A stretch of 64,000 nucleotides of DNA from a virus (lineage: Duplodnaviria > Caudoviricetes). A model generated the notes under the pieces. The model saw only the letters and a program-made list of their open reading frames with translations, had not been told where the DNA came from and searched no databases. Below are positions 41,501 to 50,200 of the stretch, one piece after another. Location of the stretch: IMG/VR virus record IMGVR_UViG_3300032288_002935, positions 748 through 64,747 of that record; one strand, written 5' to 3'. Position 1 is the stretch's first letter. Each line of letters starts with the position of its first letter. The translations under genes were made by a program, and so were the position numbers.

Positions 41501-44500
41501 AAAAGATATGAGGTAGTTATTTCTAAAATACAGGCACATCTTAAACAAGAACTTATTGATGACTTAGGTTTAAGTTATGGAGCAGATGGTTCATTAAGCG
41601 GTAGTCCTGAAAAACTTGTTGCTTATTTAGAGAAGCAAATGAAAAGCAATGACATGTTAGCTGATGATATTGAATACATCACCAGTGTGTCTGTAAATGC
41701 TGAAACATTAGATTTTTCATTATCAATGTATAGTGAAAAAATTGAAGCAATTTTAATGACTCTTGCTGATAAAAAATTAAGAGCATTAAATGTTAATGGT
41801 GAAGCTTTGGTACAAGTACCAGGAACTATGTTTGAAAATAAGAAAAGAGCTGAAGAATTTGCAAAAATTGAAAAACCTACGCTTAAAGATATTCATGAGT
41901 ATGGTTCAAATGGATTATCTTTCTACCATGTAACTGATAAAAATGGTGATCCTGTTTTAACTAAAGACACTAACAGTTGGATTGTTAAAAGCATGGAAGT
42001 TAAAATTTCTTTGCAGGGAGATTTTAAAAAATTACTTTATTTGAAGCATCCTGATGGTAAAAAAATTGCTGTTTATAGTAAAGATGCTGAAGGCAAAAAC
42101 ATTTTAGATTATGATGAATCTCTTGCAAGATTAAATGAATCTATTAAGAACACTGAATGGAAAACTAAATACAGTAAATTTTTAGAAATTGCGGGGGATC
42201 GTATTCCATCTCAGGGACCAAATGCATTGGAGTCAATTACTGTTGCAGAATTCTTACCTGAATGGGCTGGTCCAATTATTATATTACCAGCGGAGATTGT
42301 TGCTAAAGCAGGATCAGATTATGATATTGATAAATTGTTTACTCAGTTTCCAAACATTGTTAAGATTGGAAATAAGATTGAATTGCAACAATACAGATCT
42401 GATGTTACAAAATCTTTAAAAGAACTGTATGCTGAGAAATCTTTTATTGTTGATGAGTTAAAAGATGTAAGAAGTGAAATAGATGCATTGTATGAACAAA
42501 GAACTAATTTCTTTGAAGCAAGTGATGACATTGCTACAGAAGTTAAAAATCAAATTAAGGAGCAATATAATTTAGATAAAGATTTATATAAAACTCGCAG
42601 TGAATTAACAGGATTTTTAAAAGCAGCTGAAAATGGATTATGGAAATTTAAAAACATTCCAATTAAGCAAAGAGCTAAATACATTGCTCAGTATGAAGAA
42701 CAAATGGATGCAGTAAATGAGCTAATTGATTTTCAAGAAGAGCAGCTTAAAAAAATATTATTTGAAGAACTTGGTGTAGAAAAAGCATCTGATTTCTTTA
42801 AATACAGTGATGATTTAATTAAATCACAAAAACAAAAGCAAACAGAACTGCAAAATGAATTAGAAGAAATTCAAAGAAAAATATATGGTAAGTCAATTAA
42901 AGGATTAGAAAATGAACTTTTAAGTTTATTTGCTGAGAAAATTTTAATGCCTGCAAGTATTAAAGATTTGATTACAACTAACTCTACAGATATTGCTTTA
43001 CCTGTAGCTCAACAATTAGAAGAAATTATTAGAAAAAGAGATTCTGAAACAAGATTTAATAAATATGACAGAATAACTGATGAGAATGGAGATGGTATTT
43101 CTCCAACTACACTTTTTGATTATGAGTATAACTTATTAAAACACCAGGAGAATTCTGTTGGTAAAGACTCACTTGGTATAGCAGCTGTAACAGCAACCTA
43201 TTATGCAATGTTCCAAACTTTTGGTGCTAAGTTAAATGCTGTATCTCAAAAAGAACAAACTGATTTTGATGAAGCTATGGTTGTTGTATCTAAAGTAGCA
43301 GATATTAATTATCAAGTTGAACAAATAAAAGAAGCTAATAAAGACAATATTACTCCTGAAATTCAAAAACAAATTTCTTCTTTGCTTAAATTGCTTCCAA
43401 GAGCTGATAAAATTGAAACAGCTAACAGCACTGTAAACAGATTTAAAAATTATACATTTAAGTTAAATCACAATAAACTTAAATCTGAGTTAGGTGAACA
43501 TATTGCTTTGGGTATTATTAACAACACTAAAGGTCAATCCATTTCAGATTTAATTTCTCAAATGATTAATGGTTATGTAGATGTTGCTAAAGATGCTTGG
43601 GTATTCAACATGCAAGGAAATAAACAAAACACTCCGACATTATTATTTATGATAATGGCAGGTGTTAGTTTAGAGAGTGCGGCTTATTTATCTTCTACGC
43701 CTTTGGTTATGGAATACAACCAGATTAAAAAAGAATTAAGTGGAGTTTATGCAAACTTAGGACTAGATCCTGAAATGAGTCCAATAGTTGAAACTCAAAG
43801 AATAAACAAAAAAGCTCAAGAAAAATTATTTGAAAATCATGAACAGGAGTTTAAAGCAAATGGATTAGAAACTTTTAATTACAACAGTATTGCTAATAAA
43901 AATGCAAGTGAGTTTACTGAATCTGAATTACTTGGTTTGGTTAAACAAAAAGCAATTGATATGCGTCAAATCCAGGCATTAGCTGAATACATACACATTG
44001 AAAAAATTGCAAGTGATGTTTCTAAATTCCAACAACTTACAAGATTTGATACAAATAAAATTGCTACAATTTCTGAGGCACAAAAAAGAAAAGAGGATAT
44101 TCTTGAATTTATTTCAAGAAAAACTTATGTTCCTCAATCATGGTTCTCTGCTGAAGGAATTGGTAATACACCTGTAGGACAATTTAATAATGATGAGTTT
44201 TTGGTTAATTTATTTGAAAGATATTTCAGTTTAAGAGATAACCCTGCATTGGTAAAAACATCATTAGACAAAGTTATTAAAGACAACAAACCAAAAACAG
44301 TTGTTGATGTGGTAATGAGAACAGATTTTAAAAATGATTTTATTTGGTTTTTATATCAAAATTCATTGTTTAAAAAGAATACTTATGATGGATACACATT
44401 TAAAGTTTTAAGTGATCCTAAAGCTGAATTCAGTATTAATGAAGAAACTAAAGTTGTTACATTTAGCAGCAATATTTTAGGAAATGATATTAATAATCCT

Positions 44501-47233
44501 AAGTTAGGATTAAGTCACATGATGCATAATTTTCCAACAGCTGATCAATATGTAAGATTTAAAATTGAGTTGAGCAAATTAGAAAATGAAGATGCTTATA
44601 AACTAAGAAAAGAATATTACTTCTTGGATAATGCAAAAAATAAAGTAACTGACTTGTGGTTAAAAAATAAAATTGCATTATACAAATCAAGAAATCAAAT
44701 AGCTTATTTCTATGGTCCAACCAGTGTAGGAAACATGTTTAAAAGATTTAAACAGGAGCATCCTGATTTGGCTAAGAAATATGCCATCATTAGAGATATG
44801 AAATTCAGCAATGATAAAAAAACATATAAATCTAATATGTATCTTCCTGATATTTCAGATGTTAATTTAAGAAAGCAATATAAAGAAAATCTTGCGGATC
44901 TTAAAAATGATATTGCTAGACCTGAAATAGCTGAGTTTTTTGGATTGTTTAACAATATTGCAATGATGCAAACTGGAGTTAATAGAAGATCGCAATATGA
45001 CCTTGGTAAAATCATTGACGCAGACCATCTGCATAATGTAATTGATAATGGAATTGGTATTGGTAAAATCATCAATGAATTAAATCAAATAAATGACAAT
45101 ATTGAAGCAGCTAGAATACATAATTTAAATAAAGACAATGCACCAATGATTCCTGATCTTCAGTTATTAGATCAGTTTAAAGAACTATTCATTGGTATGA
45201 TGGAATCTAGTTACAAAACAAGAGTAAGAGGATACAACTATGAAGTTCAAAATTTGAATTTTGGTAAACATAAAGAGCTTGGTGAAACAATTTCATCATT
45301 TAATAATGTGGTTGTTTTAAATTCACTTGTTGGTGCACCTAAAGATAGATTAGCATTAACAGCTTCATTATTTTTTGATGAAGATGGTGAATACACTCCT
45401 GAAGAATTTGCTGAATCAATTAAAGATGAAAAAATTGCAATCTTAAATAAAAAACTTGTTGCTCCTGCTGGAGAAGACCAAGCAAAATTAGATAAGTTGC
45501 TACTTGATTATTTAGGTATAAACAATTCTGGAAACTTTCCAATCTTAGAGTATAAATCTAAAACTGTAAAAGAAGGATTTTTATCTATTGCTGGTTTAGG
45601 ATTAAAATTAATGCCTGAACATTCTGTAAAAGATGAAGCAATGGCTAATGCTTCTACAGTTGCTATAGGTCAAGCTACTATTGTAAATCCTAATGCAATG
45701 TCTTCAAGTCAAAATTATGTAGATGAATTAACTGCAAAGTATCCAGGAAAACTTGCTGATTCAAAAACTAAATTTAAATCAACAGATAAAGTTTGGGTTT
45801 TTGGTAGTGGTGTATTTGCAAGCAGAATTAAAAATGTTACAGTTGAAGAGTTTGATATTGCATTAAATAAAACATTTGATACATATCATAAACCTGCTAT
45901 AAACAAAGCAATTAAAGCTGGTGTTAAAACATTTAATGTAGGTACTGCTTCAGGTATTGATAAAATGGCTTCAGACTATTTAGAATCTCAAGGTTATATT
46001 AAAGTTCCTATGTATGCTCCTATTGGTAAGTATTATGAAATGCGTAAAAGTGATTCATCATTTGAAGATTTAAACTATGATAACAATGCTGTTGTTGTAA
46101 ACAAAGATACTTTAGAGGCAGGTGATTTAATGAGTTTTTTATTTAATGACAATAAAGCAAACAACTGGTATACTAATTTAAGTGAAAAACAAAAATTTGA
46201 GAAAGGTGTTTCTGTTGTTTATGATAAAATTGTAAATCAGTTGAATAAAAATACTATGTATAAAATTCAATTTGGTAATAGACTAGTTGCTCAAAAAGGT
46301 CAAATTAAAATTGGTGACTCTCCATTGTCAGCTGCAATTGAGCAAGCTCTTTACAAAATGAGAAATGATATAATTAATCATAGACAATCTAAATCTGTAG
46401 CAGCACCAGTTGTTAATCAGCCGTTATCATTTGATATGGAGATTGGTTCATTTGTTAAATACCAAGGTTCAACTTATATCATTACTCAGTTTAATGATAA
46501 CGGAACAGTTCAGATTTATAATCCAACATTGGAAGGTGCTTCTGCAAAAATTCCTGTTGCTAAAAGAAATTTAGAAGTTTTGAGCAGCAAAGCTAAAATT
46601 GTAAATTACAAAGACACAGATTACATTGTTACACCAAAAGGAACAATTATTTCATTGACATCAAATAAAGCTATGAACTGGGCTGAAAATGATGGAAACC
46701 GTGTAGCAATTTTAGAAAAAGCTAAAGCAAGATCTAATCAATCATTTGCTAGTGTTAAAGTAATTGCTACAAGTATTCCGCAAAACAGAATATCTGGAAT
46801 TGAATCCATGGGTTCTACACAACAAGCTGCAGCAAATGTAAAACAAGTATTAGGAAGTTCTCCTCATTCTATTGATATGATAGATGCTGATTTTAGAACT
46901 AGAACTACAAGAAGTGTAGGTGAAATGCAAAAATATCAAGTTAAAGTTGGGGATATAGTAATTCAATCAGGAAAGTCTTCTAATGGTTTGATTAAAAATA
47001 TTTTTACAAAAATAACTGCTATACATCCTAAAGGAACTCCGGGTTATTTAGGAACATGGAATAAAGAAGGTTGGTCACAAGAAGGTATAACTGAAATAGA
47101 AAGATATAAAAATGGAGCTGCTGCAATTGAGTTCGAAGTAATTAGATATACTGGAACTATGCCAATAAAAGAATTCTTATCTTTACCTTTGGAGAAACAA
47201 ACAGTCATAATCGAACAACAATTAAAATGCTAA
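35501..47233 (+). CDS. Giant virion-packaged DNA-dependent RNA polymerase (single-chain double-psi beta-barrel, phi14:2 gp66-like) with zincin and accessory domains
   Basis: 3910 aa. Catalytic GSDYDIDK (DYDID at 42317-42331) is preceded by RIPSQG (42200). Also EADGAGWIS (40820), 'KRIAG', 'NGYVDVAKD', and the HExxH motif HEAFH (37517-37531) with a downstream EEYLAE. Confidence 0.9.
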   Translation: MNICITPESIKLFSAYFKKEIPNHFTNEISANALLNKLFDKAISDFKNMGLTEERTRELILQHLSVAPQIIKKYIGENPSANNPKLLDSVNLLSGIIYDASQSDNKSDFQNAINSLGQIIGKSTLVIPAAPVGNDFNAVSFELLKTANQEMIYEPGVGYRNNITDPEKQFEFEVQRAIIASGNADNLQLKLVQQSELKNINQINNTNKDTNPDTYVLVPVDSSGKIVRFVDGKVNEDGSTPVFVLRQTMKEFDYLLKEKSDIYISQGMSPAQAFAKARQEIQGHLEFIANLKKDHAAGKTVNFSISLANSLMGLVVEKLDRKTSMRSITNIDEVPIHIKRKGTQTIAVMHVPLSGRQVLPNEKPMYENSMMDVTDEELDILTKLITEPKLKKSGIKRKTGESYMSDMRFEERQNAVYFFHRNAEEFIFYQKKEFDKLTKKTKQSYFIRIKNEVIEATAENAEQIKQALKTYFTTRSSELYAYSTDFTNVTPKESFEKTTDVGQVFYGEDGRVYITTGPKRNLNILNETDVESMINVPTSVVDGVVTLVSKSIRNHIIDNTKTTIITNGNNELRGYSSYLALGYTAEDASEAMIDDSVEPLFRTLAETNLETEPTEKQKEDAMTWFKNHPLFKVLSLNETLRNKIHEKGPSFVAEFVNSSINLYLGSNNTDIYHEAFHAFTQSILTSQERKAMYSEIAKTPGTFKVTVLGKAKTVKFSEANELEIEEYLAEKFREYSMNRGKSKLSVRIKQFFDKVLNMLQGMFGKNMTYNEAIALNKSAGVVNNMFNALYEGNIDISKFNPEATKTALYKSTEINFPDVDFSIEQISVLMESMQSLMSDFINLGINGSSNRKVNTLVVNLLLESSQVKVDSKRHKKIFEEIDKLNKSHGVVNGYGAFAIAKNPKILELALTYVKNRLEQQKKLMKPLSKDDDGFALDTLTKALKAFGDVTEPKLYLDEAENSNLISLYLNNYSNINVQQETLDYFDSLDDVERGIKFTFGLTGTEQSLAEVTDEQTREMLSTIHAHANNGKGAILVNSLGIKKVQPFIQMLAKTSKILRNTTDRVEMYNKLMAAAKTDYEIAQIVNKLGNINNPEITTEEQKAWLNFWQVMNKTDLFLREFIIEKVVDTDRKTKEKTATLEARSGRSKSAESRVGKDWADNFVFVSHNSPYFSETKDGEAYLKFDKDSQKYDLVEDYEEKGFGLISGTEDSPEFITSLDERINKTDVYTGKLFKASANPFEFLNHIGIDLVQDPVVLDILLNGHAGLDIQTGIVDNIMKSLMNRQTAVNENNKKVTELSQLFSDFEYINANGEKVKQEGLNGWFNQLQKLQYMFSDENSSSMGKNAEGENQSEKSYNSSLSMMVTALNDAKHYDEILEGSGLEIFNVKTNPFAAASPWLVNMFNLESPNAAVRGTRNKNFKITVESLSGSKIIYQSEDKGVSTLGLDEKAKFLSDFHLTLEGKQEILRTADKSTSLTAHAPVNKNGRIIKNELEVTKEDINKIFSPEYDANKNSTILYDQFFRHIEAELVRISRMNDITEDLESEGEIVFDAAYLKRGRDFYMFANILTPATKKALLELKISDSQSADINNTRVLNKLISAEFKKVIDKEIKAYFEKRSDGLFNRKNKSLVIAGSALKTFQKNSEEEEDVTRKRMFRTFTINNFIQNANFATLFIGDAAIHDVRGEGYHKRIAGLISTGKIFANDSAFLAHVNNPNFNAFGFAEKHNNAITGRTYNGYINSAVIKEKKSVSAYLQQYSELIDAKDYGAENKMKEADGAGWISFDMYRILNLACGEWSDQQETLYNKMLAGEKISEEDAKITFPVRKFQYYGQVNNKDATYNLQMMAFHKYSLMPLIPSLIKGTPLQDLHESMLKQGVDYVTMESGSKLSSISKVEMKDGKVVSKFDDFYDDERKTNDIEFTVNQIHSKYLKNQIYLAPGYKNHITLPTQKRKMIALGLFNDEQIPTDFKPNLSKDERKIKWESLKTDSKKRAASKNYDWYKRYEVVISKIQAHLKQELIDDLGLSYGADGSLSGSPEKLVAYLEKQMKSNDMLADDIEYITSVSVNAETLDFSLSMYSEKIEAILMTLADKKLRALNVNGEALVQVPGTMFENKKRAEEFAKIEKPTLKDIHEYGSNGLSFYHVTDKNGDPVLTKDTNSWIVKSMEVKISLQGDFKKLLYLKHPDGKKIAVYSKDAEGKNILDYDESLARLNESIKNTEWKTKYSKFLEIAGDRIPSQGPNALESITVAEFLPEWAGPIIILPAEIVAKAGSDYDIDKLFTQFPNIVKIGNKIELQQYRSDVTKSLKELYAEKSFIVDELKDVRSEIDALYEQRTNFFEASDDIATEVKNQIKEQYNLDKDLYKTRSELTGFLKAAENGLWKFKNIPIKQRAKYIAQYEEQMDAVNELIDFQEEQLKKILFEELGVEKASDFFKYSDDLIKSQKQKQTELQNELEEIQRKIYGKSIKGLENELLSLFAEKILMPASIKDLITTNSTDIALPVAQQLEEIIRKRDSETRFNKYDRITDENGDGISPTTLFDYEYNLLKHQENSVGKDSLGIAAVTATYYAMFQTFGAKLNAVSQKEQTDFDEAMVVVSKVADINYQVEQIKEANKDNITPEIQKQISSLLKLLPRADKIETANSTVNRFKNYTFKLNHNKLKSELGEHIALGIINNTKGQSISDLISQMINGYVDVAKDAWVFNMQGNKQNTPTLLFMIMAGVSLESAAYLSSTPLVMEYNQIKKELSGVYANLGLDPEMSPIVETQRINKKAQEKLFENHEQEFKANGLETFNYNSIANKNASEFTESELLGLVKQKAIDMRQIQALAEYIHIEKIASDVSKFQQLTRFDTNKIATISEAQKRKEDILEFISRKTYVPQSWFSAEGIGNTPVGQFNNDEFLVNLFERYFSLRDNPALVKTSLDKVIKDNKPKTVVDVVMRTDFKNDFIWFLYQNSLFKKNTYDGYTFKVLSDPKAEFSINEETKVVTFSSNILGNDINNPKLGLSHMMHNFPTADQYVRFKIELSKLENEDAYKLRKEYYFLDNAKNKVTDLWLKNKIALYKSRNQIAYFYGPTSVGNMFKRFKQEHPDLAKKYAIIRDMKFSNDKKTYKSNMYLPDISDVNLRKQYKENLADLKNDIARPEIAEFFGLFNNIAMMQTGVNRRSQYDLGKIIDADHLHNVIDNGIGIGKIINELNQINDNIEAARIHNLNKDNAPMIPDLQLLDQFKELFIGMMESSYKTRVRGYNYEVQNLNFGKHKELGETISSFNNVVVLNSLVGAPKDRLALTASLFFDEDGEYTPEEFAESIKDEKIAILNKKLVAPAGEDQAKLDKLLLDYLGINNSGNFPILEYKSKTVKEGFLSIAGLGLKLMPEHSVKDEAMANASTVAIGQATIVNPNAMSSSQNYVDELTAKYPGKLADSKTKFKSTDKVWVFGSGVFASRIKNVTVEEFDIALNKTFDTYHKPAINKAIKAGVKTFNVGTASGIDKMASDYLESQGYIKVPMYAPIGKYYEMRKSDSSFEDLNYDNNAVVVNKDTLEAGDLMSFLFNDNKANNWYTNLSEKQKFEKGVSVVYDKIVNQLNKNTMYKIQFGNRLVAQKGQIKIGDSPLSAAIEQALYKMRNDIINHRQSKSVAAPVVNQPLSFDMEIGSFVKYQGSTYIITQFNDNGTVQIYNPTLEGASAKIPVAKRNLEVLSSKAKIVNYKDTDYIVTPKGTIISLTSNKAMNWAENDGNRVAILEKAKARSNQSFASVKVIATSIPQNRISGIESMGSTQQAAANVKQVLGSSPHSIDMIDADFRTRTTRSVGEMQKYQVKVGDIVIQSGKSSNGLIKNIFTKITAIHPKGTPGYLGTWNKEGWSQEGITEIERYKNGAAAIEFEVIRYTGTMPIKEFLSLPLEKQTVIIEQQLKC

Positions 47234-47237
47234 TAAT

Positions 47238-50200
47238 ATGTTTTGCGTAAACACTTCACATCCACAATTTAAAGCTCTGTTAGAACAAACAGAGCTTCAT
47301 CCTGATTTATTAAAAGCAGAAGTTAGTATCTGGATGGACCAAAATAATTCTGATTCTTTTCCTACAGTTGAGGAATTACAGTTAGCAAAAATTGCAGAAC
47401 AAGAAAGAACAATTGATCCGTTAGCAGAATGGTTAGATGAATTTGATTCATTTGAACCAGTATATGAAAATATACCTGAAGAGGGTTTGATTGACAATTT
47501 TTATAGTGATATTGCTGAATGGGAACATCCAACTGATAAAGATCAGACATCCGTGTTAGATGATTTCACATTATTTAATTTAATGAATAATCCATCTGTT
47601 CCAATTTCAAAAGAGAACAAAGCAAAACTTAAACTTCTTTCTAAAGTTGTAGGTGAAAAAGAAGCTTATAGAGATTACTTTGAACAGAATGAAGTAGTAA
47701 GACCAGGCAGTGTTGTATTAGATAAGTTAGATGAAAGATATACAGAACTTCCTGAAAATGTTTTTGAAGAAACAACTGAGGAAGATGCTTTATTAGAACA
47801 AGATTTAATCAAAGATATTGAAAACATTGTTAAAGCTGAGAATTCTAAAATTGCATTAGATAAAATTCAAAAACTATCTAATCAGTTAGGTATTGAGGCA
47901 GAAATAATTTCTTCAGAAGATTTAGAAAAAGATTTTGGTATTACACAAACAGGTGTAAAAGCATTTTTTAAAAATGGAAAAGTTTATTTGGTTGATGGTC
48001 TTTTTGATGAGAATGTAGTATTCCATGAATTTTGTCATCCAATTATTAAATCTATAGCAAAAGAAAATCCTGAGTTATTCTTATCATTATATGAAGAGGT
48101 TTTAAAAACTCCGGAAGGTCAAGAGTTATTTAAATTAATATCTACAAAGTCAACTGATTATGCAGTTAATTCTCCTGAATTTATGGAAGAGATAATTGTA
48201 AAATCATTAGATGAAAAAAATAGAATTAAAAAATCTACAATTCAAAACATACTCTTTCATATAAAACAATTTTTGAGAAAGATGCTTGGTAAGAAAATCA
48301 ATATATCTAAACTAGATGCTAATACACCTTTGATAGATTTATTGAATATGATTAATGAGGGAGGAGAATTTATTTTAGATAAAGATTTTCTTAATGCAAG
48401 TGATGCAATAATGTTTGATAGAGAATATCAAGATGCTGTAGATATTATTGCAAAGGACTCAGCTGTAGCAACACAATTGATTATCAATGACTACTACAAC
48501 ATGATTTCAACTCAACTTGGAAACCTTCTTAAAGATGAAAGTATCTACAAAAATTTAAAAGAAGATCTTACCACTGAAAATTTTGATGGAGAATTACAAG
48601 TTCTTAGAAAAATGTTAGATGCATTAACAACATCTGATAAAACTAAGATGGCAAATTTACCATTATCAACTGTTGAAAAACAAGATTTTGAATTATTCCA
48701 GGATAGATTAAATGCTTTTGTTAACACACTTGTACAAGGAGGGAAAGTAGTAGAAAAATTTGATAAAAAAATTAATGACCTTATTAATAATGGGGTTGAA
48801 ACAAATGATGACTTTGATGCATTATTTGCTTTAGAAACTTATGTAAATGATTGGAATAAATTTATAACTGCTCTTAAACAATCAAAAACAATTATACAAT
48901 CTAAAACTGGTTCTACACCAGAAGTAATGCTACCTGTTAGTTATTTAGATATTAATAATCCTATTGGTTTAAAAATTGCAAGTCTTGGTTCTCAAATTAA
49001 CTTGGTATCTGAAAAAATAAACAATTTAAAAATTAAATCAACTACTGATTTACTTTATAAAAACTTAGAAAAAAGATATGAAGGGATAAGCAATACTTAT
49101 CTTAAAGGCATGCAAGCTGCACAAGATGCAGGTGATTTAGCTCAGTATGATATAATGCATGAAGATTACTACGGTTTGACTTTAGAAGAGATGAACGAGA
49201 TGAATTTTTTAAAAACTCAGCCGTCTTCTGTTGAAAGAGATAACCGCTTAAATTTTTTAAATGATAAATATTTAGGAGGAAGAGAAGCTAAAAGAGATGC
49301 TATTGAAGCAACTTTAAAAAATCAATTGCAAGATTCCACATGGATGAATGGAATGTTTGAATCTTACATGAATAATCAAGATAAAATTGTAGGTAATTTT
49401 GCTGATTATGTAAATTCTTTTTTACAGGATGTAGCAGGTAATGTTAATGCAATTGAAGCTGATTTCTTGGAAGGCCTTAGACCATTACTTAAAGAAGCTG
49501 GATTTAATAATTCAATTTTTGGAGAAGCTAAATTAGGTAAAGCTATTCAACATACTAATGTTACTTATCAAAATGATAAAGATGGAAATGTTGTTGAATT
49601 TGAAGAGTATGCTTTCATTAGTAATTTCACTGGACATGAATATGAAAAAGCAAAACTTGAACAACTTGTAAGAAGAGCTAAAGAAAAATGGCAATCAACT
49701 GCAGATGATGCAGATTTTACGGCTTATATGCAAACTGAATTTGATTTAGAAGATTTTTTAATTGATTACATGCATCAAGCTAACATTCCTGAATACTATA
49801 AACCAGCCATGGTTTTTAGAACTCCTGTTGGAATGGAAGCAAAAAAAATGAGAGATGATATTTTTGAAGAGATGCGTCTTCAAAGAGCCAACTTTGATAA
49901 AGATCCAACAAGTTTAGCACCGGCAGATTCTATAAAAAAATTATGGTTTGAATATCAACAACTTCAAAGTCGCTATGATTTAAATGGAGATCTTAAAACA
50001 AATTCTTATGTTGATGCTAATGGTAATACAGTTATTACAAATGATTTAGCAATTGCTGAAGTGTTTCAAGAGTATGCTGAAAAAACAAAAGATTTTCATG
50101 AGTATGAGGAAATTCCAAATTTGTTTGATGATCAATTAGAAGCTTTTGAAAATTACTTAATCAATGTAGAGAATTTAACAAAAGGTTCAGTTGCTTATGA

